Positions 10,642 through 21,404 of a DNA stretch of 64,000 bases are shown in pieces. The notes beneath the pieces are model-generated. The model saw only the letters and a list, made by a program, of their open reading frames with translations, was not told the origin of the DNA and did not search any database. A program made the position numbers and the translations under genes. Source of the DNA: an uncultured delta proteobacterium (GTDB taxonomy: Bacteria; Desulfobacterota; Binatia; UBA9968); assembly GCA_963755715.1 (NCBI GenBank), contig CAVWLW010000025.1, positions 1-64,000 of the forward strand, read 5' to 3'. Positions within the stretch are counted from its first letter, which is position 1. Each line of letters begins with the position of its first letter.

Positions 10642-11729
10642 CACTGCGCGAGATCGTCGTGCGCTACGACGAGCGCGTGGCGCTGCGGGTCCCATCCCTC
10701 GATATCGACCCCGGGGACGTGTTGGCGATTATCGGCCCGAACGGCGCCGGCAAATCGACGCTGCTGCGGGTGATGGGCTTGCTTCAACGTCCGAGCGAAG
10801 GTCGGGTTCTGCTGCGCGGTGAGAACGGCCGAGGAAGAAATTCGCTTCTGCTCCGGCGCCGGATCGCAACAGTGTTCCAGGAACCGCTGCTACTCAACGC
10901 GACGGTTTATGAGAACGCCGCACTCGGACTGAAGCTTCGGGGGCTTTCCGGTGGCGCGATCGACGCGCGCCTTCGGCCGTGGTTGAAGCGTCTCGGGATC
11001 GTCGAACTGGCGCACCGACCCGCGCGTACTCTCTCCGGCGGCGAAGCCCAGCGCACGAGCCTAGCCCGCGCCCTGGCGCTCGAACCGGAGCTCTTGCTTC
11101 TCGACGAACCTTTCGCCGCCTTGGATGCCGCCAGCCGGGAAGAACTGTTGCGCGATTTTCAGCGTATCGTCAAAGAAACCAAAATTACGACGGTCTTTGT
11201 CACCCATGACAGAGGAGAAGCGTTCGCACTCGCCGACAAAGTTGTCGTGTTAAAGGACGGATTGCCGCTGCAGTTCGGTCGCTACGATGAAGTTTTCTTT
11301 CGACCGAACAGCGCGGCGAGCGCCGAGATCTGCGGTATTGCGAATCGCCTGGCAGGAACAATCGAAGCACACGACGGCGAGTTCGCCGTGGCGCGGGTCG
11401 ATCAACAACGACTGCGCACGACGGTTAAATTTCCTGCCGGCGCTAAAGTGATTCTTTGCATTCGACCCGAAAACGTTTTGCTGAGCCGCGACCATTGTTC
11501 AGCGCGAAACTTCAATCAGCTGGCAGGGCAGATCATCAGCATATCTGCCCGGCATTGCGCATTACCGGATTACCCTCGACTGCGGCGCCATCCAGTTGGT
11601 TGCGCTGGTGGAGCGACGATCTTTCTTGAAGCCGGCCATCGCGAAGGCGACATGGTGACGGCCGTGTTCAGCCCGTCGTCGGTGCATGTGGTCGAAGATG
11701 ATTCGACGGTTACTGAGGAGTCAGCCTGA
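10623..11729 (+). CDS. tupC: Tungstate ABC transporter ATPase with TOBE-like tail (compensating frameshifts at about 11547 and 11626)
   Basis: GPNGAGKST, LSGGEAQR, LLLDEP; the tail reads PGIAHYRITLDCG in the shifted frame. Confidence 0.85.
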   Translation: MAKTLLTLREIVVRYDERVALRVPSLDIDPGDVLAIIGPNGAGKSTLLRVMGLLQRPSEGRVLLRGENGRGRNSLLLRRRIATVFQEPLLLNATVYENAALGLKLRGLSGGAIDARLRPWLKRLGIVELAHRPARTLSGGEAQRTSLARALALEPELLLLDEPFAALDAASREELLRDFQRIVKETKITTVFVTHDRGEAFALADKVVVLKDGLPLQFGRYDEVFFRPNSAASAEICGIANRLAGTIEAHDGEFAVARVDQQRLRTTVKFPAGAKVILCIRPENVLLSRDHCSARNFNQLAGQIISISARHCALPDYPRLRRHPVGCAGGATIFLEAGHREGDMVTAVFSPSSVHVVEDDSTVTEESA

Positions 11730-11825
11730 CCTGAGCGACGTGAAGAAGCAATCAACGAAGGTTTCGCATTGCTGGGAAATTGCGCCCTTAAAAGGGATTT
11801 GAGCATTTCCAGGCTTGGTGACGCA

Positions 11826-12923
11826 TCAGGTTCCAGGCCAAGAAGTCGGCTCGCGCGCCGGCTCCGCGCCGCGGTTTAGCATCCATGCAGTCCAAACGTA
11901 GATGTACTGCGTGCCCATATTAACCACGACCACGCGAAAAAGGTGAAAGGCGACGACGAGCGGCACGCTGATCTGCAGTGCCTGGGCGGTGATCGTCATT
12001 TCGGCCAGGCCGCCGGGCGACGTGGCGATGATCATGGTTGCGACCGGCAGGCCAAAAGCCCACGCAAGGGCGGCGCCGGCTGCCACGGATGCGATCAAGA
12101 TAAAAAACGAGTTGAGCAAGGCGAACGGGATAAACAATCTGTAACGAGCGAAGAAGGCGCGTTCATAGCGCGCGCCGAGAACCAGACCGAACATCAGCTG
12201 CGCGAAATCCGTCAAGCCATGGGGCACGGCCGAAAGCTGCACACCGCCCATAGTCAACGCCGCGCCGAAAAAAATCGGCACGAGCAGACAGCCGTTGTGA
12301 AAGCTAAACTTTTCGGAGATCTCGCCCAACAGCCAACTGATCGCCAACCAGATCGCGAGAATCGAAAGATTGAGCGGCACCGTCGGCCGATACGCCGACG
12401 TCTCGAGCGGAAAACCGCCATAGGTCAGCGCCAGCGGAATCAGGATGACGACGACGGACACGCGCAGGCTGTGGGCGACTGCCACCGGCGCAATCTGCGC
12501 GCCGTAACGATCGGCAAGCACGGCCATGGCCATCGCGCCGCCCGGGATCGAAGCGAAGAAAGTCGACTTTGCATCCACGCCGGATGCCTTGCTCAAAGTG
12601 AGCGCGCCGAATATGCCGACTATAAACACCGAAATGGTCGCCGCGATGATAGCGGGCAAGTTGCCGGCTAACGCGGCCACCACCGGCGGCGTGAAATAGA
12701 GCGATACCGCTGAACCGAGAATCACCTGGCCCATTTGCCGAGCGTAGGGTGGCGAGTGCATTTTCACGCCCAGCAAATTGAGCGTTGCGACGCCGACCAT
12801 CGGCCCGATCATCCACGGGATCGGTGTGTGCAGGTAGTCAAACAAGAAACCCGCCGGGATGCCGACAACGAGGGCCCTGAGCATGGCTGGCATCCGAGCG
12901 CGAAAATTCTTGAATTCGTGCAT
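11826..12923 (-). CDS. AbrB-family duplicated membrane protein
   Basis: PIPWMIGPM, two PGG-xxxM repeats (IPGGAMAM, SPGGLAEM), HSLRV/HLFRV. Confidence 0.88.
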   Translation of the reverse strand: MHEFKNFRARMPAMLRALVVGIPAGFLFDYLHTPIPWMIGPMVGVATLNLLGVKMHSPPYARQMGQVILGSAVSLYFTPPVVAALAGNLPAIIAATISVFIVGIFGALTLSKASGVDAKSTFFASIPGGAMAMAVLADRYGAQIAPVAVAHSLRVSVVVILIPLALTYGGFPLETSAYRPTVPLNLSILAIWLAISWLLGEISEKFSFHNGCLLVPIFFGAALTMGGVQLSAVPHGLTDFAQLMFGLVLGARYERAFFARYRLFIPFALLNSFFILIASVAAGAALAWAFGLPVATMIIATSPGGLAEMTITAQALQISVPLVVAFHLFRVVVVNMGTQYIYVWTAWMLNRGAEPAREPTSWPGT

Positions 12924-13192
12924 TGAGATTGGCTTGCGCTCTGTTGCGTTAAATTGGCAGCGAGAGCCCGCTCGGCAAAGGCAAATTTTCTTATAGCTTG
13001 TAGGTCGAAGGAATACGACTGGCGCAAGTAAAGTAAAATCACTTGATTGGGAGCCCGGCCCGCGTAGCGATCCGGTTTTTCGATTGCAGAATCATAAAAA
13101 GCAAAACACCTCTTGGATAAGGCCGTGGCGGGTTGTAAAAATTAAGAGAGGCGAAAGAGGATTCGTGGCGATCCAAAAACAAGGAGGTCATC

Positions 13193-13483
13193 ATGGCGAT
13201 CGTTAGACTCATATTCGTGACCGTCAAGCCGGATCAGGTTAATGACGCAATTAGCCTGTGGAAAAATCACTGCGCGCCGCTCATGATCCAACAACCTGGC
13301 TGCCTTTCGGAGGAGCTTTTGGAATGCACCGATGCGCCGGGCGAATTCATTTCCTACTCGGAGTGGGAAAGTCAGGCGAGCATCGACAAGTATCGCAAAA
13401 GCGACGCTCACGCCGAAATCCAGAAACATGCGCGCTCCTTGCACGGGGGGCAGGCGAGCGTGAAGCGCTACGAAGTGAAGTGA
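13193..13483 (+). CDS. Antibiotic biosynthesis monooxygenase (ABM) domain protein
   Basis: AAGGAGG RBS; QQPGCLS, YSEWESQASIDKYRKSDAH. Confidence 0.85.
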   Translation: MAIVRLIFVTVKPDQVNDAISLWKNHCAPLMIQQPGCLSEELLECTDAPGEFISYSEWESQASIDKYRKSDAHAEIQKHARSLHGGQASVKRYEVK

Positions 13484-13563
13484 CGGACAGGTAAGTTTGC
13501 CTAATTGCGGCAGCGCAGCAGAAAATTTGCGCCCGCAAAACTTCCCCAGCATAGTATTAGCAA

Positions 13564-13612
13564 GAGCCACGAAGGGCGAGAGTAAGTATAATAGCTCGAC
13601 CCTTCGTGGCTC
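13564..13612. repeat. 13-bp perfect inverted repeat (hairpin)
   Basis: GAGCCACGAAGGG ... CCCTTCGTGGCTC downstream of the ABM gene. Confidence 0.65.
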
Positions 13613-13778
13613 GCCCGCGCTATTGCAATCTCTCCCGCAGATTCAGAGTTTTTCCTCATTCGTGTAGTGAAATAACAAACATCAGTAGTAAAGTTCGTAT
13701 CTTTTACCGGCTGGCTGTTTCGCTATTAGGAATCCCTAACTAGCGAACATCCCAGCAAAATGATTCTGCATGGCGAAC

Positions 13779-13794
13779 TGGCATATCAGTTGCT
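13779..13794 (+). promoter_or_regulatory. Sigma54 (-24/-12) promoter
   Basis: TGGCAT-ATCAG-TTGCT matches TGGCAY-N5-TTGCW, about 50 nt before the next ATG. Confidence 0.8.
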
Positions 13795-13845
13795 CATTTA
13801 ATCATACGTGAGCCGCACTGTTCCGGAGAAAGGAGGAAAAATCTC

Positions 13846-14010
13846 ATGCTGAGTTGGTCGATGACATTTCTTATTATCGGGTTGATCGCGGCAGTCCTGG
13901 GGATGAGCGGTATTGCCGGGGTGGCAACTCAGATTGCATGGATTTTGTTCGTGCTGTTCATTGTTCTTTTCCTAATTAGCCTGGTGACCGGGAGCCGGCG
14001 AACAGGTTAG
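13846..14010 (+). CDS. DUF1328/UPF0391 small membrane protein (absent from the ORF track)
   Basis: AAGGAGG RBS; [54 protein letters not shown] (54 aa). Confidence 0.9.
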   Translation: MLSWSMTFLIIGLIAAVLGMSGIAGVATQIAWILFVLFIVLFLISLVTGSRRTG

Positions 14011-14067
14011 CTTCGCGTTCGTTACTTAAATTGAAAAAACTAATTAAACCTATCAGGAGGCAGAGTC

Positions 14068-14814
14068 ATGAAATTGCAAAAAATATTCTTAAGTATCGTG
14101 GTCGGCGGCATGTTGGTGTCTGTTCCTATGATCGTTCCTGCCGGAGCAGCGGACGATAACTCCAAGTATAGCGATCGGGATCGCATGAAATCGTCTAAGA
14201 ACGAAAAGGACCAACTCGAACAAACGCTAAAAACCGGCGAGGAGAAAGCGTTTTATCGGCGTGAGCTGGAAAAGGCCGGTTGGTCGATTACTTCGGTCAA
14301 TTATGACAAGCCGGATTACGTGGAATACGAGATCGTGAAGGGTGACCAAAGCTACGAAGTGCAGATCGACATCGATAAGAATAGTCACAAAGCAACCAAG
14401 GTCGACGTGGCGACAAACGTTTGGAAGACCGACGCGACGAAACAGGCTCTCAAGAACGGCAAGAAAGTGGACTACCCGAGCCGGACAACCTCGAATCCAA
14501 CCCAGTACAGCGAAAGAGACCGCATGAAGTCGTCGAAAAACCAAAAAGAGCGCCTCGAACAAGCGCTGAAAACCGGCGAGGAGAAAGCCTTCTATCGACG
14601 CGAGCTAGAAAAGGCGGGTTGGAAAATTACTTCCGTCAACTACGATAAACCGGACTATGTCGAATACGAGGTCGTCAAAAACGACTCCACCTATGAAGTT
14701 CAAATCGATTTCGACAAGAATAGTCACAAAGCAACCAAGGTGGACGTTGCGACCAACGCTTGGAAAGCTGAAGCGACGGAAAACGCTTTAAAACAGAGCC
14801 ACGCGAGCCGTTAG
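14068..14814 (+). CDS. Secreted protein with two tandem PepSY-like repeats
   Basis: AGGAGG RBS, signal peptide, internal duplication with a 339-nt period (YRRELEKAGW..YDKPDYVEYE..YEVQID). Confidence 0.8.
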   Translation: MKLQKIFLSIVVGGMLVSVPMIVPAGAADDNSKYSDRDRMKSSKNEKDQLEQTLKTGEEKAFYRRELEKAGWSITSVNYDKPDYVEYEIVKGDQSYEVQIDIDKNSHKATKVDVATNVWKTDATKQALKNGKKVDYPSRTTSNPTQYSERDRMKSSKNQKERLEQALKTGEEKAFYRRELEKAGWKITSVNYDKPDYVEYEVVKNDSTYEVQIDFDKNSHKATKVDVATNAWKAEATENALKQSHASR

Positions 14815-14832
14815 CTGGAATGCAAGTCAATC

Positions 14833-14863
14833 CCCCGGCGTCCCCACTAACCGGACGCCGGGG
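14833..14863. terminator. GC-rich hairpin, possible terminator
   Basis: CCCCGGCGTCC / GGACGCCGGGG 11-bp stem; no clear U-tract. Confidence 0.45.
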
Positions 14864-15044
14864 CGGCCTGCGACGATGCGCGTTTATCGAATTTTCTTTC
14901 GGGATTTTTCAGACGAAACGTACCGCTGGCAGCAAAGCAGTAAGCGACTAAAAAAATTCAGGTTTCTCCCACCTATTCTTGACAAGACCGATCATCGTAC
15001 TTAGCTTTTTGGTAAAACCAGGCAAAGGAGTCGGACTAAAACGG

Positions 15045-15476
15045 ATGGCTTCAGGTGATTGGGATATTTTGGTCTGGCGGCGCGCCGACGATTTGCGCCG
15101 GCAAGCCGAGCGCATTCAGAGAAACTTTTTACAGATGGCGGTGGCCGCACGTTACCGCGTTCAGCAAGGTCGAAATTCGCGTTGGGAGCCGCCGGTCAAC
15201 GTCGTCGAGACGCAAAGCAGTCTTTGGGTCATGTCCGCGCTCCCTGGGGTCACGGCCGAGAATGTGAAAGTCGAATTGGACGGCAATGAATTGGTTATAG
15301 CGGGAAGACGACCACTGCCAGATTGTTGCCACGACGGTGAACTCAAGATTTGGGAGATACCGCTCGGGCAATTCGAGCGGCGCTTAACCGTTGTCGACGC
15401 TGAAAAAACCTTGTCCGTCGGCGACGTGGTCCTTCGGGATGGGTTGCTACTGATCGAGCTGAGGAAAAATTCATGA
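15045..15476 (+). CDS. Hsp20/alpha-crystallin small heat-shock protein
   Basis: [37 protein letters not shown]. Confidence 0.9.
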   Translation: MASGDWDILVWRRADDLRRQAERIQRNFLQMAVAARYRVQQGRNSRWEPPVNVVETQSSLWVMSALPGVTAENVKVELDGNELVIAGRRPLPDCCHDGELKIWEIPLGQFERRLTVVDAEKTLSVGDVVLRDGLLLIELRKNS

Positions 15477-17900
15477 CAGCCGAAGAAAAAGAAAACACAC
15501 AAACAAAACCGCGCATTACCATTCCGCCCGGCGCATTGGCTATTTTGCCGTTGCGCAACACGGTGCTGTTTCCTTCGACCATTATGCCGCTGGTGGTTGG
15601 GCGGCGAAACAGCCTACAAGTCATGGAAGAGGCGGTACGCCAGGAGCTGGCCGTCGGTTTCGTTACGCAGATCGATGCCAGTGTCGACAAGCCGCAAGCC
15701 GCTGATTTGTACCCTGTCGGTACATCGGCCAGCGTGTTGAGAATGTTCGGTTTGCCGGATGGTCAACGGCAGGTGATTATTCAGGGGCAGCAGCGCTTCG
15801 AGATCAAGGAATTCATTCAAACGGATCCTTTCTTGGTCGCCCGTGTTTCGATGATCGAAGAAGTCGTGCCGCACACAAAAGACTTCGATGCGCGAGTGCT
15901 CCACTTGCGTCAGGAAGCGCTCAAAGCCCTGTCGTTGTTGCCGGCGCCGTTGCAAGAGCTGCGACCGACGATCGAACGGATCGAAAATCCGCTCGTGCTG
16001 ATCGATACCATCGCCTCAATTTTAGATTTGCCGGTCCAAGAAAAACAAGAGCTGTTGGCGATCCTCGATCCGGTCATTCGGGCGCAGAAGGTTTCAGAAA
16101 AACTGTCGGCGCAGATCGAGCTTCTCGAATTGAGTAAAAAGATCGGCGAAGAGACCAAGGAAGCGATGGATAAGACGCAGCGGGAATATTTCCTGCGCGA
16201 ACAACTGAAAGCGATCCAGAAAGAGCTCGGCGAAGAAAGCGGCCAGTCGGTCGAGGCCGGCGAGCTGCGGAAAAAGATCGCCGATGCGAAGATGCCGCCG
16301 GAGGTCGAGAAGGAAGCGCTCCGCGAATTGTCTCGGTTCGAGCGCATGCCGGAGATGGCCGCCGAACACTCGACCATCCGCACTTATCTCGACTGGATGA
16401 CCGAGCTGCCATGGAGCGTTTCGAGCGAAGAGCGGATCGATTTGCAGCAAGCGCGCAAGATCCTCGACGAGGATCACTACGGTCTCGACAAGGTGAAGAA
16501 GCGAATCATCGAATTTCTCGCCGTGCGCAAGTTGAAACCCGAGGGCAAGAGCCCGATTCTGTGTTTCGTCGGACCTCCTGGCGTCGGGAAAACTTCTCTC
16601 GGCCAAAGTATCGCTCGGGCGATGAACCGTAAGTTTGTCCGCCAGAGCCTGGGCGGCGTTCATGACGAGGCCGATATCCGCGGTCATCGACGCACTTACG
16701 TCGGATCGCTGCCGGGAAATATCATTCAGGGAATCCGCAAGGCGGGCACGAACAATCCCGTCTTCATGCTCGATGAGATCGATAAGCTCAATGCCAGTTT
16801 TCAGGGCGACCCGTCGGCGGCTTTGCTCGAGGTGCTCGACCCGGCGCAAAACTCGACATTTCAGGATCACTATCTGGCGGTGCCCTTTGATCTCAGCCAA
16901 GTCATGTTTATCGCGACCGCGAACGTGCTCGATACCATCCCGGCGCCGCTCCGAGACCGGATGGAAATCATTCAGCTCTCAGGGTACATCGAAGAAGAAA
17001 AGCTGGCGATCGCCAAGAATTACCTGATTCCACGGCAAACCGCGCAGAATGGTCTGGACCAAGGTGAAATCGGTTTTACCGACGAGGCGATTCGTGAGGT
17101 GATAAACTCCTATACGCGGGAGGCGGGGGTGCGCCAACTGGAACGGGAGCTAGGCGCGATTTGCCGAGGCGTGGCCACCCGGATTGCCGAAGGTCGCAAG
17201 GAACCGATCACGATCGAACGCGGCGCGGTCAGAGACTATCTCGGCCCGCAAAAGTTTTTCAACGAAGTCGCGCTACGAACCAGCCTGCCGGGCGTCGCCA
17301 CCGGGCTGGCGTGGACACCGGTCGGCGGCGATATATTGTTTGTCGAAGCGACCAAGATGCCCGGCAACGGTAAGCTCCAACTCACCGGCCAGTTGGGTGA
17401 TGTCATGAAGGAGAGCGCTCAAGCGGCGTTCAGCCTGATCAAGTCGCGCGCCGACTCCCTTGGCATCGAAGCTGAAGTTTTTCGCCAGCAAGATCTCCAC
17501 GTGCACATCCCGGCGGGGGCGATTCCCAAGGACGGACCGAGCGCGGGTGTTACCTTGTTCGTCGCGCTTGTTTCGCTGTTGCTCGATCGCCGCGTCAGCA
17601 ACGGACGTTGCAATGACCGGCGAGATCAGCTTGCGCGGTCTGGTGCTTCCGGTGGGTGGCATCAAGGAAAAGGTGCTGGCGGCCAAAAGGGCCGGACTTT
17701 CGCGAGTACTGCTGCCGGATCTGAACCAGCGGGATCTCGAAGACATCCCGCCCGCCGCGCTGGAAGGCATGCAGTTCGAATTCTTAAAGACCGTGGACGA
17801 AGCGCTCGCGCATGCTCTCGAACCCAGCGAGGATTCGAGTGCTATTCCAAGCAGCCGCAGCCGGGCGCGCGGCGAAGCGCAGCACGGACATCAGCGCTAA
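15473..17900 (+). CDS. lon: ATP-dependent Lon protease (frameshift at about 17603)
   Basis: LON N-domain, [17 protein letters not shown]; shifted frame continues [23 protein letters not shown] to TAA 17900. Confidence 0.95.
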
Positions 17901-18002
17901 TCTCGATCTTCGTCGCCGCTAGTTTTCAGTCTGTCCACAACAACCGCCCGCGCCGCGGCAGTCGGCGCGGGCGAAATCAACTACCCCGCAAAAAACTCAA
18001 GA

Positions 18003-18485
18003 TTACAGTAAGATGCTCCAAGCCAAGAGGCCGACGGCGGCTAGGCAGGACATCGCAGCCATCGGGCTGGTCACGACCTGCCACGCGAGGATCAGTGGCG
18101 CGGACCGCTTGATCTGGGAGAACGGAATCAATTTTTCGAGGCCCCAGCGCGCGATCATGTAACGTTCGTTGCCGATAACACCCACCGCGATGGGGTCCTT
18201 CTCGATCTCGTGCTTGCGCCAGACTTCGACCCTATCGAAAAAGCGGTTGGCCTTGTGGATCTCGTCTGTGACCGAATAAGGAATTGCGTAAAGCGAATAC
18301 ATCATCCCGTGCCTCGATTTAGCGACGGCGGCTTGATCGAGGTTGAGGGATCGGACCGGCAGGAACAGATTCCACACGCGCCAATCCTCATCAGAAATTT
18401 TTGGGTAGGGGATCGGATTCAGGGTCGACGGGCTACCGCCCATAATCGATTCCGTGTTCTCGCGACGATAATTCTCCACAAACAT
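18003..18485 (-). CDS. Hypothetical protein with C-terminal hydrophobic segment
   Basis: AAGGAGG RBS, 160 aa; no family recognised. Confidence 0.7.
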   Translation of the reverse strand: MFVENYRRENTESIMGGSPSTLNPIPYPKISDEDWRVWNLFLPVRSLNLDQAAVAKSRHGMMYSLYAIPYSVTDEIHKANRFFDRVEVWRKHEIEKDPIAVGVIGNERYMIARWGLEKLIPFSQIKRSAPLILAWQVVTSPMAAMSCLAAVGLLAWSILL

Positions 18486-18944
18486 GACGTGTCCCTCCTT
18501 TTTATTTTATTATTTTGTTTTTCTGCCGTGATTACTTTGGAACCCCACTGACAAAATGAACTTGGCGCGGACTAGTTTGGGTGACCTGTGAAATTAGCGA
18601 ACAGGCAAAAATAGGGCCGCGATGATTGCATTATTTGACCGCGGAATCCTTAACAATTTCGCAAAGCTGATTTTGACTGGTGTACGGATTTTCGGACGAA
18701 GTGAGAGTGAAGTATGAAAAACTCTACAGCACTATTCCGATAATTCGAATAGGTTTGCTGCTGGGACTAAGCGGCCGATCTACACCGTCGAACAAATCGT
18801 AGAGATCACGCGCATTAAATCAAAGACGTTGCTTTGGAATCTGGGAGCGTGCTATCGAAAACCATCTTGTTTATCTTGTTTACGCCGATGGACCGGACGA
18901 CAAGCGAGATATTTATTAGGCGTAGGTTTTGGAGGCACGGACAG

Positions 18945-20030
18945 ATGATATCGTACGCGTTTCTTTTTGTTTTAATCGGATGTTTTTTCGGTATGTTCAC
19001 GGCTGGCTCCGGCGCTGCTGCGACGGTCGGCGATGTTCTGAAAAAGATCCAGAATTTGCCGGCGGCGCAGCGGCGCGCGACTCTGGAAGAGGGCGCTAAG
19101 AGTGAAGGTCAAGTCGTTTTCTATACATCGGTGAGTCTAACCGACTATCCAAAAATTTTGGCAGCCTTCGAGCAAGCGTATCCGACCATCAAAACTAATG
19201 CGTTTCGTTCGACGCCGTCCGGGGTCGTCAGGCGGGCCGACACCGAAGCCAAAGCCGGCCGCCATGCCGTCGACGTCATTGGCTCGGCTCCCGTCGAGAC
19301 GTCTCAGCTGCGTCAACTGCAACTCGCAACGTCGTATCTTTCACCGGAACGGAACGCCCTATTCAAGGGCGCCTTTGATCCCGAGGGTTATTGGACGGCA
19401 TTCGACGTCACGCCGATCGTGCTCGCGTTCAACACCAAGCTGGTCTCGCAGCAGGAAGCGCCCAAGACCTATCAGGACCTCCTCCAGCCCAAATGGAAGG
19501 GCAAGATGAGTCTCGGCACCGAAGATTACGAGTGGTTCGGCGCGGTATTGGATTCGATGGGCAAAGATAAAGGGCTCGAGTATATGAAGGCGCTGGCGAA
19601 ACAGGATCTGCACATGCCTGGGTCGAGCAGCGTCATGCGCGTGCAGCTTTTGCTCGGCGGCGAGTCGGCGATTGCGGTCGCGGCGCGCGGCCGCCGGGTC
19701 GCCGAGTTCAAGTCGAAAGGCGCGCCCATCGATTTTCGCCTGTTCGACCCGTATTCAGCCGAGCCCGACATGCTCGCGCTGATGCAACATGCTTCCCACC
19801 CGCACGCGGCGATTCTCTTTTACGATTGGTTGCTGTCGCAAGAAGGGCAGAGCAAAATGTCCGACTTGACCGGCCGTATCGCCGTGCGAAAAGGGGTGAA
19901 GCACCTGCCGTGGTTGCAGGAGCTGTTGCAAAAGGACTTTATTTTTCTTACGCCGGGTGCCAAGACGCTGAGCCCCAAAGAGCTCACGAGTCTTTACTAC
20001 CAGGTTTTTGGCCTCTATCGGGCGAAGTAA
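18945..20030 (+). CDS. ABC extracellular solute-binding protein
   Basis: Signal peptide, EGAKSEG, AFNTKLV, DLLQPKWKG, HPHAAILFYDWLLSQEGQ; resembles 7976..9052. Confidence 0.88.
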   Translation: MISYAFLFVLIGCFFGMFTAGSGAAATVGDVLKKIQNLPAAQRRATLEEGAKSEGQVVFYTSVSLTDYPKILAAFEQAYPTIKTNAFRSTPSGVVRRADTEAKAGRHAVDVIGSAPVETSQLRQLQLATSYLSPERNALFKGAFDPEGYWTAFDVTPIVLAFNTKLVSQQEAPKTYQDLLQPKWKGKMSLGTEDYEWFGAVLDSMGKDKGLEYMKALAKQDLHMPGSSSVMRVQLLLGGESAIAVAARGRRVAEFKSKGAPIDFRLFDPYSAEPDMLALMQHASHPHAAILFYDWLLSQEGQSKMSDLTGRIAVRKGVKHLPWLQELLQKDFIFLTPGAKTLSPKELTSLYYQVFGLYRAK

Positions 20031-20087
20031 ATCGCATCGCGTCGACTCATTCTTTCTTTACTGAAAAGGTCGGCGTTACCTTTTAGA

Positions 20088-21392
20088 TTAGAATATCTTG
20101 GGCTCCTCTAGCCGAGCTTCCAAAGAGGCGAGGGCCTTTTCGATGAGAGCGACGCGCCAGCGCAGTTCCTCCGGCGCGGGTAGGTCCGGTTGCCCGACCG
20201 GATAGTGAAACTTGCTGCCGCTCATAATCCTGCCGACGCCGACTTGAGCGGCGACATTGGCAAGGCAGGTGATCACCACCACCGGGATGCCCTTCTTTTC
20301 GATCTCTTTGGCGATCGTAGCGCCGCTACGAGTGCCGGTTCCTCACGTGGCGGTTAAAATTACGGCGTCGATACCGGCGCCGGCGATCTCCGCCGCGATG
20401 CCGGCGCCGAGCTCCGCCATCTTGCTCGGCATGGCGCCGGTGCCGGTGGTGACGAAATACTGGTCGTGAACCTTTTTAATCCGCTGACCGCTTTCCAATA
20501 CGCGCATGGCATCGAGCGGAACAAGTCGATCGGGATCTCGATCGACCGTGGAGGTGTCGTAGCCGGTATGCATGGCTTCGAATTCACCGTGTTTGAGATC
20601 GTTGCGCCCCTGGACTGAATATTTGAAATAGCGCGAGCCGCGCGAGCTTTCCAAGCGATCGGGATTGCCCTTCGGCACCAGGCCGCCTTCGGTGACCAGC
20701 GCCACGGTGGCGTCCGCCAAAGAAACAGTCAAATTTGGAATCGCGTGCGCTTGGGTCTCGATGCGCGGAATCTCGCTCTCGTACGATTGGCCGCTCAGCC
20801 TGGCCAGTAAAAGATCCGCGGCGCGGACATAATCCGGCTTGTCGGTTCTTATCGTAAAACGGCGCGGAATCGCTAAACAGTATTCCGCGCGAAAGTCTTC
20901 GATGGCCTTTTGGTCTTGCGCTATTAACCTTTCGACCAGCAGCGAATAACGTTTCAAGGTGTCCTGCATGGACGCCGCCGAGGCGCCGGTTTGAAGAACA
21001 AAAACGTGGCGGCCGATTTCTCGAGTGCCCGGGTTGTCTTCGTGCATGGCGGTGATCGCCGGGATGCGCCAGTTGTCGCGCACCCAACTGCATACTTTGG
21101 CGCAGGCGATGCCGTATCGACCGGCGTTAAAGGCCGGGCCGGCGAGAAATATGTCGGGGTGAAACTGATCGATCGCGGCGCCCATCGCTCGCAGCGCGTT
21201 TTCCTCGGCCTCATGAAAGTAGTTATCGCCGCAGGCAATTGTCGCGTATTCGACGCCGTGAGCTTTGAGAGCGTTTTCGAGCACGCTGCCGATGCCGACC
21301 GGCTGGGACAGAAAAAGGACTTCCTGACCGGCTTTTTCCTCGCCGCCGATGCCGGCAAAGAACTGGTTCAAATAGTGCAGCACCTTGATCAT
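20088..21392 (-). CDS. Glycine/sarcosine/betaine reductase selenoprotein B-like protein (Sec at UGA 20343-20345)
   Basis: HYLNQFFAGIGGEEKA, CGDNYF, GPAFNAGRYG, ALVTEGGLVPKGNPD, HTGYD; the frame continues through UGA: ILTAT-U-GTGTRSGATIAKEIEKKGIPVV. Confidence 0.9.
20310..20336 (-). promoter_or_regulatory. Bacterial SECIS-like hairpin
   Basis: GGC-AC-TCGTAGC-GGC-GCTACGA-TC-GCC; apical G-containing loop begins 18 nt after the UGA. Confidence 0.75.
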
Positions 21393-21404
21393 GCGAGTGT
21401 CTCC

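Noticed and set aside
20343-20345. UGA read as a true stop or pseudogene lesion
   Set aside because: It falls at the family Sec position, the frame continues with homologous sequence, and a SECIS-like hairpin follows
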